This document shows, piece after piece, positions 53,160 through 64,000 of a stretch of 64,000 nucleotides of DNA. The stretch spans positions 33,092,702 through 33,156,701 of the forward strand of contig NC_044504.1 in NCBI RefSeq assembly GCF_902362185.1. Direction: 5' to 3'. The stretch comes from Chanos chanos (taxonomy: Eukaryota). The notes below the pieces were generated by a model. The model was given only the letters and a program-made list of their open reading frames with translations. It made no database searches and had not been told where the DNA came from. The translations under genes were made by a program, and so were the position numbers. The first letter of the stretch is position 1. Every line of letters starts with the position of its first letter.

Positions 53160-53300
53160 CCTCCAAAGGGTTTGTCTGTGTGTCTGCCCTGCGATGGACT
53201 AGCGACCTTTCCAGGTGACCTTTCCCATGCTTTCACCCGGTGAGTACTGGTATAGGCTCCAGCACCCCCTGGGACCCTAATTAGGATACGCAGCTTAGAA
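53160..53300 (+). repeat. SINE-like dispersed repeat (second copy at 61985-62130)
   Basis: ctgccctgcgatggact.g.gacct.tccagg...ctttc.cccg.tga..actgg.ataggctccag.accccctg.gaccctaattag..ta.gca.cttagaaaat.aatgaat is shared between the two sites. It is a very common teleost repeat motif. Exact family is not assigned. Confidence 0.5.
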
Positions 53301-55606
53301 AATGAATAAATAAATGTGTCCTCTACCTATAAAATTACAACAGATTTAAAAGTCGTTTGACTAAAAGTTCTACTTATTTAGAATAGAAAGCAATACAGTT
53401 GAGTCTCTAAAAAATATTTTGTTGTGGATATTTTTAGATATTTGCTTTGGTTCAAATAATTCAAGAATGCTTGTAATTCATAGTACATTCACCATTTTGT
53501 ACACATAATGAATACATAAAATTCATCCATCCTTAGTTCTTTGTTAATACTAAAACATATAATTTTATGAAGCAATAAGACTGATTTGTTCAACAGTCAG
53601 AAGACTATAGTTTCCTTCCTCAAAATGAAGAAAGTGAGTATCTTTGTCAGACACAGGGCAGCAAAAAGTACCCTTCATATCCAGAGTGGTTAGAGTCTCC
53701 TGTTGCCAGGTATGTGTTCTTGGAGTAGAGTGGTTGATTGACTAGTCTGTTATTCAGTATCTGTCTTTGTCCTACCCACATTAAGCAGCATTCATGTGAA
53801 AGTGCTTAAGAACATCTACAGGATAACTATGACACTAGTGGTTCTTCTAATGATGCTGCTGCTGAGGTGAACTCACCCATGAAGGATTGAAATATAACAT
53901 ATCCAAATCCGTCTCCACTCTCTGGCTGCTCAAAACATGCCATCTCTCTCTCAAATTCACTTATTTACCAATTTATTTTGATTCAAACTTGGGCCTACTT
54001 CAAAACTTTAAAGATGCAAAACTTTTCTCTCAGCTCTCATGAGTCTAAAACACTGAACCACTCACACTGAATGACTCATCACTTCTCTGCCATTTTCCCT
54101 CTGCTTATCCTCTGATGCAATCATCTAATAATCCATCCTTCTTCCAGGACGTAACAAGACAAAACAGACAAGAAGGGGAGACTTGACTGCGGAGAAAAGG
54201 CATCTATTAAATGTGATGTCCTTGACACAGAGAAGGAAGACAGCACAGCTGAACTTAATGTGTATACTTATTTTTTTAAAGAAATTATTATACTGGTTTG
54301 TTTTTAATGCAGACGATTGTTTGGAACCACCCATATGTTGTTTGCCTGTACTGTTGTTTTGATTATATTGCAACGTAACAAAGGGCCCTCGCGAGGCAGC
54401 TATATCATAAGGCGTGAAAAGTATTAATTTTGTTAGTTACACTAAAAAGCATGAGCCGAACTGTCAGTAGGCTACTAAAAGAAGGAGTTTCAAAATTACC
54501 ATTGAAACCTCAACATGAAAAGACACCAACTTTAGCACTAAGGCTAATGAACAACAGCAGCCAAACAGCGTCACTGACTACAGCCACAACATCAAGAACT
54601 ATGACAACGACGATGAGGACGATGATGAGGCTGTAATGTCTCAGTCCAAGACCAGTGATCAACAACAGCAACAAGAGAAGTCGCAGGATGAACTCATCTC
54701 CTCAGACCCAGAATTATGGGGACCCATAACAGAGCAGGTCAGTGAAACAACTATCCATCAAGGCCCTGCAGCCTTCCAAAATCGAGCTGCTAAATATGCA
54801 GCTTCTTTGCAGGACTTTGGTAGCAGAAGTAGAACACGTTCACTTACTAATGATTTACTGCATTGCTATGGTAGCCCAAAATCACAACTTTATTGTCATA
54901 ATGTTCTAACTTTTTTTCTCATTAAATTACGACTTTGCTCTCATAACATTACGACTTTTTTCCTCCTTAAATTACGACTTTCGTCTTGTAATATTACAAC
55001 TTTTTTTATTCTCATAATATTATGACTTTATTCTCCAAATCTCAGATTTCCCCCCCCCTCAATGCTCAATGTGGCCCTAATACTCCGTAGTAGAAAACTG
55101 ATTTGCATATTGGAGTGAAGTTCATTTTCATTATGTTCAGTTTATTGTTTATTATTTGAAGTTAGAATGGTTTAATAGTCTTGGAATTATATTAATATTG
55201 CTATGAGGTTCCGTTAGATTTGCACAGAAACAGCCAGTAGAAATGTCCTTCAAAGGGCTACTTTTTACTTTTATACTTTGTGTACATTTTAGAGCCTGTA
55301 CTTTTTCACTTTTACTTGTGTAAAGAAGTTGAATCAGTACTTCTACTTTTATCATAGTCTTTTTTACATAAATATCTGTACACTTCTACTTGAGTAAAGA
55401 ATGTGTGTACTTTTGCCACCTCTGTTTTTTAAGTATTCATCTCACAAATATTTCTGTTCTTTACAAAAATAGTGTTTTGAATCTTTCAGGAAAATTGTTT
55501 TTTTTCTGATATAGTTCTGTGTGCTAGTAGAGGAACCTGATAACTTCTTTGTGAGATATGGATTAACAAAAGAATACAGAGTTGAGGTAAATGAAAAATG
55601 CTGAAG

Positions 55607-55612
55607 TTTATT
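55607..55612 (-). promoter_or_regulatory. Candidate poly(A) signal AATAAA for paralog F (3'UTR of about 370 nt)
   Basis: Plus-strand tttatt lies within the conserved 3'-flank module (gaagtttatttatgac). The same module and hexamer recur downstream of paralogs A/B/C, G and H. Confidence 0.4.
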
Positions 55613-55978
55613 TATGACATAAAAGTGGTGGTCATCTGATCACAAATATATGAAAAACAAGCAGGCAATGTAAAAAAACTCCTTCCTGAGAACATTACAG
55701 TTATCCACATGCAGCCCTGGTTACAGTTAATTCAATGTATGCCCTATATAATTTGTACAGATATTATAAGTATGAAATATTCTATATCCAATCACATTAC
55801 ATGATCAACACTGTACAGTTTTAGAATCAGTAATCACTAATAGACACATCCAGAATAATTTGTTCTACTCTCTGTTTAGTCTACTCTCTATTTGTCCTTT
55901 AAATACCTACATTTAGTCTCTAAACCAAAAGCTCACCTAGAGTACTCCAGTGAAAGTACATGAGAGTATCTGTGATCA

Positions 55979-56353
55979 TCATTGTAGAAGTGATGTTCTT
56001 GATGAAGTTGCTCCATAGTCCATCCTTGAGGTGGACTGTGCCCTTGAAGAGGTTGTTTGAGGGATGGAGGTCAAATGAAGGTTTGGATCAGATAGAGTAA
56101 CCCATACATCTGTTAGATCAGTGTGCAGATTTGGGGAATCAGAGGGCTGTGAAATTTGATCTATCAATGATTCACAAATCTTTTTGGCCCGTGCTTTGAC
56201 TAACTCTTCTAATTTCTCCTTCACAAATTCATCAGTCCTTTCTTGTTGATAGTCTTCATACAGAGTCTTGTAATATGGCTTGAAACGCAAACGAAAACAA
56301 GAAATCACCATCCACATGACTGATACCACTGCCAGAACGCTCAATCCGATGAT
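55979..56353 (-). CDS. CALHM/FAM26-like channel, paralog F, exon 2 of 2 (TM4, C-terminal helix, acidic/Ser-Thr tail)
   Basis: ORF 55979..56371 (-). Acceptor tttttcaAG|ATCATCGG (plus-strand cttgaaa at 56354-56360). Reading frame is continuous with exon 1: ...YKAISH|IIGLSVLAVVSVMWMVISCF RLRFKPYYKTLYEDYQQ.... This matches CALHM TM4 followed by the C-terminal helix. Intron is about 171 bp. Confidence 0.7.
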   Translation of the reverse strand: MIGLSVLAVVSVMWMVISCFRLRFKPYYKTLYEDYQQERTDEFVKEKLEELVKARAKKICESLIDQISQPSDSPNLHTDLTDVWVTLSDPNLHLTSIPQTTSSRAQSTSRMDYGATSSRTSLLQ

Positions 56354-56524
56354 CTTGAAAAAGATTAACAAACATTGTTATAAACTCCATTTGTAAATGC
56401 ATTTTGGCCTATTATTCCAGGCATTTCACAAAGGATTATTATCTAATCACTTTTCAGTCCTGTAAGTCTCTTTGATTCAGTCATTACGAACTTCAGTCAT
56501 TATGTAGCTATTAAATATACTTAC

Positions 56525-57001
56525 ATGTGAAATGGCCTTATAATGTCTCAGCATTGCAAGCTCCTCAGCAGAAGGTTTCTCTTTACAAGTGATTTGCTCT
56601 AGCCCAGCTGTGGCATTACAGTTTGTGGTTACAAGACACACAAACCAGTCCCCATCGATAAACGCTGTGACGATCCATAATATCCCAGCAGTGAAGGCTT
56701 TAAGGATACATCTGAAGATTGTACAGTAGTTCTTTTTGATGTGGTTTATGCACTGATATTTGACACAGATTCTGATGGACAGCCCATCAATGATGAGTGT
56801 AATCAGGAAAAGTATGATGAATGGTACAAGCATGTAAACAAAGCAGACTGCATAGTTTTTCACTGGATCACATGGACATTCAAATTCCAGTTTGAACAGA
56901 TATTGAAATATGACAAAAAGAATAACAAATGCAAATGCACTGCCTGTTAGTAATGCATTCAGTACTTTGGTGGTGAACTCTGGATGCTCTGGACGCACCA
57001 T
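56525..57001 (-). CDS. CALHM/FAM26-like channel, paralog F, exon 1 of 2 (N-terminus, TM1-TM3)
   Basis: Long ORF 56477..57001 (-). It has the motif FKLEFECPCD (compare FDFNCPC in CALHM1), a VPFIILFLITLI TM2 segment, and ILWIVTAFIDGDWFVCLV (compare VVWVAVTLLDGKCFLCAF). GTAAGT donor is on the minus strand immediately after the codon for ...AISH (plus-strand acttac at 56519-56524), so the exon ends at 56525 in phase 0. Confidence 0.72.
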
Positions 57002-57769
57002 TTTGATTAATCAGTGTTCAGTAATATGTCCTGAAAATGTTGTCTACAAGTTCTTAACTGTGTACAAGTTGTGTACAACCGCTAGACCAAAATAATAAAT
57101 AAATAAATGAAAGCATAAGACAAACAGAAATCTGTTTCATACCCCAAGATTTATCACAAAACTCTGCAAGTTGCTGTGACAGTCCCTGTTCATGTTCAGC
57201 ATTCTTGAAATTAGTTCATGCACTTTTTGTTAATGAAATAAATGGTATGAAATACAAGATAAGGTTTAGAGAAGTGGAATTTACCAGCAGTGCAGAACGT
57301 TTCCTTAAAATCCAATATTAGTCTGTAAGGAAAAAATCATCCGAAATAATCGAACTACAAAATGCACTTGCCCAAGAGAAACCTGTCAGAAACTATTTAG
57401 ATGGTCCTGAAGCATTGTAAGGACTGTGAATTAAATAGTCCTAAATCCTGATTGGATGAAAGACATGTGAAATTGAACAGATAATGTTCTGCACAGGAGA
57501 CTACTTACAGACAGCGCAATCTAAAATGTTTTGAGCTGCTTTTATATTGTCCATGTATACTTCAGAGGAGGAGCATGCAATGTTTGCTGCAAACATTCCA
57601 CTAACTCCTCTGCATACTCCATGCACTGAGGTGAAAAAAAGTAAACAAACAGCTTTGATTCTTTGATTCTCTTTGTCCACGAATAGCTTCATCCCCGCTC
57701 TGTGAACTACACCTTTGCATTGTGTTTTTTAGGCAAGTGCATCTCAGTTCATTCTCACAAATATTCAAA

Positions 57770-58260
57770 CCAAGGCCTCATCTTATATGTCTCTGTTTAA
57801 AAATCTACAGTCTCACCTCTATGATTAAAAAAAGTACTGACAACAGACTGGAGAAAGCAGAGACCAAAAATGGACAAGACTGTGGGAAAGGTTGGGGTAA
57901 TACTGTGGTAAACAAAGAAAGTCTGCTCCAGCATCTGAGAAAATATATTGTTTGGTTCTTATATTGTAGACTATATTTAACACCAAAGGCAAGCATGTCT
58001 GAAAAAATGTCCAGTTTATTTGTTTGTCAGAATATTTTTTGTTTTTCAGCTGTGCCTGTAGTTACGAAGCTTCCTGTCTCATGATCTAAAATGTTTTAAA
58101 ATGTGCATTTGCTCCATCAGTTATATCAGTTTAACCTATTCTCATGAGGGTCTAACCACAGGCCTTTGTCTTCTTAACCTTCTGTAGCTTCCATACCTTC
58201 TAGAGATAGTAGCTATCTGTGGAAATGGGCAATTTCTATGAATGAAGCAATGTGTGAGTT
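57770..58260. promoter_or_regulatory. Conserved upstream module about 0.75 kb 5' of the paralog F ATG (candidate shared promoter or enhancer, or a co-duplicated element)
   Basis: catcttatatgtctctgtttaaaaatct...ggacaagactgtgggaaaggttgggg...agctatctgtgg...atgaatgaagcaatgtg. The same module recurs at 4430-4700 (A), 9970-10100, 14990-15130, 19756-20110 (C), 26030-26650 (D) and 60480-60800 (G). Confidence 0.4.
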
Positions 58261-58511
58261 TTATATGTAGAATTTACTACATATATAGTGCTTACAAACT
58301 TTTTTCATACTTTAATTTCATATTTTTTCATCTAGCACTTCCTTCTTCACCCCTTCTTTTAAGGAGTTGCTATATACCTTTCTATGTTTCTGACTATATT
58401 TCTGAACCATATTTCTAACACTTTACTGTTTGTGTTGATAAAGGCCCTGACAGTTTCTTGGCATATTTTAACACAAGGATGCAGAGTTGGAGTAGAGAAC
58501 AAATCCTGAAG

Positions 58512-58517
58512 TTTATT
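58512..58517 (-). promoter_or_regulatory. Candidate poly(A) signal AATAAA for paralog G
   Basis: Plus-strand gaagtttattcatagggc lies inside the conserved 3' module (ggagtagagaacaaatcctgaagtttattcat). Confidence 0.35.
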
Positions 58518-59010
58518 CATAGGGCAAAAAGAGACAAGGTAGAGAGGAGACAAGAGACAGGACAACAAAAATAGAAAGAAAAAAAACAAGCAGTTAACAA
58601 ATAATCTGGGCAAAATTCTTCTTGAGTTAATCATTAGTCCACACATAGCCCTGACACTAATACACTAATTTTGTGCACATGTTATAAATGCTTTAAATGC
58701 ATCCAGTCACAGTACTTTATCAATAACTAAACACAGTTTTATGAAGAAGTAATCACTTATTGAGGAACATGTACAAACTGATTGTTTGAGCATAGAAAGA
58801 GGCTCTGTGCTTACAAACAAGGTGAGCTTACTTTTCAAACCCATAGCATTGAAGTTTACTCTCCGCACTCAGAGTGTCTTGCTTCTGACACGTATTCTTG
58901 TGCTACATTCCAGGCGTAGTTAGTACATTTGTCCTTTAAATTCTTTAGTCCCAAAACCATGAGCTGATCACGTAAGGCATTCCAGTGAAAGTACGTGAGT
59001 ATCTGCAGAT

Positions 59011-59379
59011 TCATGATTGTAGAAGTGATGTTCTTGACGAGTTTGCCCCATAGTCCATCCTTGAGGTGGACTGTGCCCTTGAAGAGGTTGTTTGAGGGAT
59101 GGAGGTCAAATGAAGGGTTGGATCAGATAGAGTAACCCATACATCTGTTATTTCAGTGTGCTGATCAGAGGGCTGTGAAATTTGATTTATCAATGATTCA
59201 CAAATCTTTTTGGCCCGTATTTTTGCTAACTCTTCTAATTTCTCTTTCACAAATTCATCAGTCTTTTCTTGTTGATAGTCTTCATACAGAGTCTTGTAAT
59301 ATGGCTTGAAGCACAAACGATAACAAGAAATCACCATCCACATGACTGATACCACTGCCAGAACGCTCAATCCGATGAT
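59011..59379 (-). CDS. CALHM/FAM26-like channel, paralog G, exon 2 of 2
   Basis: ORF 59011..59397 (-). The acceptor context is the same as in paralog F (caatccgatgatcttgaaaaag on the plus strand). Protein: IIGLSVLAVVSVMWMVISCYRLCFKPYYKTLYEDYQQEKTDEFVKEKLEELAKIRAKKICESL... in frame with exon 1. Confidence 0.7.
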   Translation of the reverse strand: MIGLSVLAVVSVMWMVISCYRLCFKPYYKTLYEDYQQEKTDEFVKEKLEELAKIRAKKICESLINQISQPSDQHTEITDVWVTLSDPTLHLTSIPQTTSSRAQSTSRMDYGANSSRTSLLQS

Positions 59380-59550
59380 CTTGAAAAAGATTAACAAACA
59401 TTGTTATAAACTCCATTTGTAAATGCATTTTGGCCTGTTATTCCAGGCATTTCACAAAGGATTTTTTCCTAATCACTTTTCAGTCCTGTAAGTCTCTTTG
59501 ATTCAGTCATTACGAACTTCAGTCATTATGTAGCTATTAAATATACTTAC

Positions 59551-60051
59551 ATGTGAAATGGCCTTATAATGTCTCAGCATTGCAAGCTCCTCAGCAGAAG
59601 GTTTTTCTTTACAAGTGATTTGCTCTAGCCCAGCTGTGGCATTATAGTTTGTGGTTACAAGACACACAAACCAGTCCCCATCGATAAATGCTGTGACGAT
59701 CCATAGTATCCCAGCAGTGAGGGCTTTAAGGATACATCTAAAGATTGTACAGTAGTTCTTTTTGATCTGGTTTATGCACTGACATTTGGCGCAGATCCTC
59801 ATGAACAGCCCATCAATGATTAACACAGTCAAGAAAAGTATGATGAATGGCACTAACATGTAAACAAGGCAGACTACATAGTTTTTCATGGGATCACATG
59901 GGCACTCAAATTCCATTTTGAACAGATACTGATACACTACAAAAAAAAACACAAGTGCAAATGCGCTGCCTGTGTGTAATGCTTTCATTGCTTTGTTACT
60001 GAAGTGTGGATGCTCTTGATCATGATGCCCTGGTTGCTCTGGATGCACCAT
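59551..60051 (-). CDS. CALHM/FAM26-like channel, paralog G, exon 1 of 2
   Basis: ORF 59503..60051 (-): ...YQYLFKMEFECPCDPMKNYVVCLVYMLVPFIILFLTVLIIDG...ILWIVTAFIDGDWFVCLVTT...RHYKAISH followed by GTAAGT donor (plus-strand acttac at 59545-59550). About 90% amino-acid identity to paralog F. The N-terminus is about 8 aa longer (HHDQEHPH insertion). A downstream alternative Met (MKALHTG) exists. Confidence 0.72.
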
Positions 60052-61984
60052 TTTGATTAAAAGAAGTGTTCACAGCTTGCTCCTGAAAGTGTTACATGCA
60101 AATAATTAATATTGTTTCAAAAAAGCACAAGTCAAAATGAGATTTGTCAAATCTATCAGTAATTATCAGAACTATCAAGATTTATGAGAAAGCATAATTC
60201 ATATTGTTATAAAAGACATCCAGGTCTTGCTCAGTATTCCATAAAGAATTCCATGCACTTTTTTATGAGCGATTGATAGCATAAAAGCATAAGGTGAGGG
60301 ATGACAGTAAAGTTCACATGGACAATAAAAATCAAGCTTGAGTAAGCTCTGGAAAATGATCAAAATACAGAACTGAAAAATATACTTGCCCCGAGGAAAC
60401 ACTTCAAGAGCCTTTCTGCTGTAAAATTCAGATGGTCCCGAAAAAATGTTCTAAGTACTAGGAATTAAATATTCCCGATTGAGAGATGGCAAAAGACAGA
60501 GCAAAATGAGCAATAGGAGACCATGTGAGGGCCCAGTCCAAGAATACTTTGTTCTGCTTTTATGCTCTCAACCTGAGAGGAGGAGCATGCTATCATAGGT
60601 GCTATCTGTGCAGATGAGTGCTCTGCATGAATGAGGCCATGTGTCAGCTATTTGTACATTGGGACTACCTGTTTTAAACTACTTATACAGTATTTTCATA
60701 TTTGGGGTTTCCATTCAGTGCTTCTCATTTCAAAATTGTATGAGTGTATGAATTTTAGCAGTTAGGTGGCTATTGCTATCAAGGGGGATAGTTATGTGAA
60801 AATCAAAAAGGGATACAAGAAAACTGTTTCATGCAAGAATAGGCTAGATACATGATGAAGTGTGTACAAAGGCAAAGTGTCAGTAACATTTGGCAAGGTT
60901 TTAAGCAGCAAGTTGTAGTCTGACAATGTTCTTGAGCAGCTTCTGATGAAAGCATTTTACAGTCATGATCCCAAAAAATATTTGTTAGCTTAAAGTGTAA
61001 TGATGTGATCCAGGTGTGTAATGATGTGATGTGGTGCAGGTGTGGTCAAGAAATTAGCGCTGTATGTAGCTATGGTGTGGATATAATAGACTGATAAAAG
61101 AATTAGATTTCTTTTCAAATAAATTCCTGTGGCAACACTTTCACTAAGGGATCCTTAGATCAGACTGGATGGAGGCTTTCACTTTCATTTTTAGAGTGCA
61201 GTTTAGGCCAGTCTCCTGAGGTTGTCTAGTGTGACCTCTGGTGGCACAAAACAAAACTGTAAAACGATATAGTGCAGTGTGACAGTACAGTCAAAACCAA
61301 TGTATCTCCTTCCACACTTTTTCCAACATGTCCACTACCAGTTAAACAAGCTAATGCCTTAAAAACCACACATCTGAAATTCAGGGATAGATCTTCTGGC
61401 ATCAAGCCAACAACAAAAAAGAGAGACATATCTTAGCCACCTGGTTCCACCTGTTCATGATCTAGTTACTTAAAAGCACAGCCTGTGTTCGTGGTTTCAT
61501 ATAAGGCATTTAAACCTATAAGACAATGCTATATATGCCCTGATCCAATCAACAGATCCTGATGCAGTGGCAACATCTTCAACAACGACCTTAATTAGAA
61601 GCTCATGCACCTACTGCAATACAGTCGTAATCCGAAAGTTTCTTTGCCTTTTCACTGAAACATTCTTGAGTGATCAACTCCAAGTAATGAGAGTAAGTTG
61701 TCTTGATGAAGGACCAGTGGACCTTCTCTTAGCTGTTTGGCACCTTGTAGATTGCTCATAGCTTCCCACAAGTGCATGAAGATACATGAAGAGGTTCTTG
61801 TTTCTAGGAACAAAATACAAAGGAAAAATGCAATGGCATATCTAGATTCTTTTTCCCTGAAGAAAAAAGGGCAAAACATCAGTGAATGGTGGCTCCAGCT
61901 GACGACCCTGCAGCTGACCCAGTGTGCACCGGCAGAGGAGCGGCAGGCAAAGATGCCGAGCAGTAAGAACATCACCTGTACAAC

Positions 61985-62130
61985 ACACTGCATTATATGC
62001 TTATCTGATTTTACTGCCTGCGATGGACTGGTGACCTGTCCAGGGTGTTTCCCTGCCTTTCGCCCAATGAACACTGGGATAGGCTCCAGTACCCCCTGTG
62101 ACCCTAATTAGAGTAAGCATCTTAGAAAAT
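61985..62130 (+). repeat. SINE-like dispersed repeat (copy 2 of 53160-53300)
   Basis: Pairwise similarity. The spurious ORFs 61652..62074 (-) and 52985..53236 (-) both read ...GKHPGQVTSPSQ... across it. Confidence 0.5.
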
Positions 62131-63479
62131 AAATGAATGAAATTAATTTCTCTGCAATAATATACTTATAACTTAGCTGTAAATATAAGCCATATGCACT
62201 TACAATTTTGATGCAAGTGGTTCATAAGCAGGTGAAAATATACACAGCTTAATGTGAAAAATTCTAATTTCTGTGAAATGCACCCTCAAGTTGCCCCAAA
62301 CTGGCACCATTTATGTTTCCCTACATGCATTGTTCCTGTTTATTTGAAAACTCTGACCTTCATCTGTGACAATGACAACATTACACTTACTGACAATTTT
62401 TCCATTTTTATATAGAAAGGATGTGCTGGAGGCCTCTATTGCTGTTGCTGCGTGGCAGGCACTTGTCCTCTCTCCCGCACCACTGGGAGAGGTTTCCTCT
62501 CTCAGTTAACCAGCCTCCCCATCTGTCTGTCAGAGAGCTCCCGAGGCTTCGGATAGGTTGCTCCGCCAGCCATGGAATTTCCTCTCTTCCTACGACGAAT
62601 ACTGTGCAGTTGTTCCTCGCACCTTTCCTAATCGAAAGGCTCAGTGACTTTGAGGGCTTGATCTTCAACCTTGCCCATGTCATCAGCTCATCAAGGCACC
62701 TGTGGAGCCTTGCTGTGCATGGGGCTGTCTGTAGGACGCTTGTGACGTCATCCATGTAGCTTCTCAGAGGAGGGAGTCTGTTGCCAGATGGTAATTTCAG
62801 GCCTCTGACTGAAATTCAATTTAGCAACTTTGTACAATCATTTGAAATAATTGTCCATTTTCCTGTCAGCCTTTTACAAGTCTTGTCATTTTAGATGTAA
62901 AGCCAGCCTATTATTCAGCAAAATTATGCTACTCAGTATTTTCAGTTAATTGAGGATTTTCATTCACAATGTGAAATCACTGTGTGTTGACAAAAAGAGA
63001 CCCTAGAGAGCCAGGCAGAGGGCAATGCCTTAACAGTGTATCATGTTTAAAGTGAAAGTAAAACTTATTTTTCTTAATGCAACGGACTGTTTTAAAGTTT
63101 CAGTGCACACAAGATAGTGTATGCTTTCTGCATGTTGCATGTTGCCATGTTTTTTGACGTACGGCTATGATTTCACATAAAAATGTAAAACCGGGATACA
63201 CTGAATAGAAGATAAACTGTATTACAAAACTGAAAGGAATTTGTATGACCCTTCCAAAGATCTTTCACGTAGAGTTTGAAACACTTAAAAAAAACTTTAC
63301 ATTTTGTTCATGTTGTTTTTTGTTTAGTTTTGTTTTGTTTTACCAGGTCAGACATGTTATTCTGAAGTTGTGGTAAATCCTGTTGTCGAGGAACGTGTAA
63401 ATATTCATCTCACAGATGCTTCTGTTCTTAAAATAATTATGTTTAGCATCCTCGACTAAAATACATTCTTTCTGATATA

Positions 63480-64000
63480 GTTCTGTGTGCCAGTAGAGGA
63501 ACCTGATCGCTTCTTTATGAGACATGGATCAACAAAAGAATGCAGAGTTGGAGTAGAGGGGAAATGCTTAAGTTTATTTATAATGCAAAAGTGGTGCATT
63601 TTCAAAAAGAAGCAGGCAATTTAAAAAGCTCTTTGGCAAAAATCTTTCCTGATTACATCACATTTATCTACACACAGCGATAGGTACAGTTATTTAAACG
63701 TATGCCTTTGCAGTTTTTACATATATACATGTGAAATATTCTACATCCAATCACCATACTTGGTCAAAAAACGTACAGAAATAATCAGTAACTGTCAAGC
63801 ACATACAGGCTAATTCGTGCATTCTTAGAAAAACAGAGGGTCTTTGCATACAAAGTAAGTTAACTTATTTGTTAAGCCCAGAGCACCAGAGTCTACTCTC
63901 CATTTGTCCTTTAAATACCTACATTTAGTCTCTAAACCATGAGTTGATCACATAGGGCATTCCAGTCAAGGTACATCAAAGTATCTGTTGGATCATGACG
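63480..64000 (-). other. 3' UTR/flank of a further CALHM-like paralog (H). The coding part lies beyond the window end.
   Basis: 63480-63800 matches the 3' modules at 55500-55800 and 58440-58700, including gtttatttata (AATAAA on the minus strand). 63890-64000 matches 55870-55985, the region just 3' of the paralog F stop codon. Confidence 0.5.

Noticed and set aside
1-64000. Searched for CRISPR arrays, rRNA/tRNA genes, and prokaryotic operon-like or defence-system organisation
   Set aside because: None is present. The window is eukaryotic (spliceosomal introns, LINE/SINE/ERV content, microsatellites). I saw no tRNA cloverleaf candidates and no rDNA-like conserved blocks on either strand.

Overview
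This is a eukaryotic window, AT-rich, intron-bearing and full of transposons. The repeat content points to a teleost fish, probably a cyprinid, but I cannot confirm that without a database. The main biological content is a minus-strand tandem array of at least eight copies of a two-exon gene family. I identify the family as calcium homeostasis modulator (CALHM/FAM26)-like channels. Evidence: the conserved FxCPC motif after TM1, a FIDGDW[F/L]VC motif matching the CALHM LLDGKCFLCAF region, and the CALHM exon architecture (TM1-3 in exon 1, TM4 plus a C-terminal helix in exon 2, a roughly 170-bp phase-0 intron with GTAAGT donor and poly-Y AG acceptor). Two copies appear intact, at 55979-57001 and 59011-60051. 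A third subfamily at 2-19 kb is represented by three copies with stops, frameshifts, or exon loss. A divergent exon-2-only copy (30.4-30.8 kb), a deletion relic (25.4-25.8 kb) and the 3' flank of a further copy at the window end complete the array. Each unit carries a conserved upstream module about 0.75 kb 5' of the ATG and a conserved 3'UTR ending in AATAAA. The C-terminal tails carry lineage-specific 21-bp (heptapeptide QNQPTDG) tandem repeats and Ser/Thr-rich repeats. The rest of the window is mobile-element debris. It includes a degenerate endogenous retrovirus (gag-PR-RT-RH-IN, 40.1-44.7 kb) followed by an LTR and an 18/18 match to the MLV-type tRNA-Pro primer binding site as I recall it. 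Four solo-LTR-like insertions have TG..CA termini and clean 5-bp target-site duplications (TSDs), and three of them are dated by empty-site paralogs. Also present are an L2-type LINE split by one of those LTRs, a Rex1/Babar-type LINE 3' fragment, a Harbinger-like MITE (TAA TSD), a Tc1/mariner-like MITE (TA TSD), SINE-like insertions, several dispersed repeats, microsatellites, and two segmental duplications. I found no rRNA or tRNA genes, no CRISPR arrays, and no prokaryotic-style operons.
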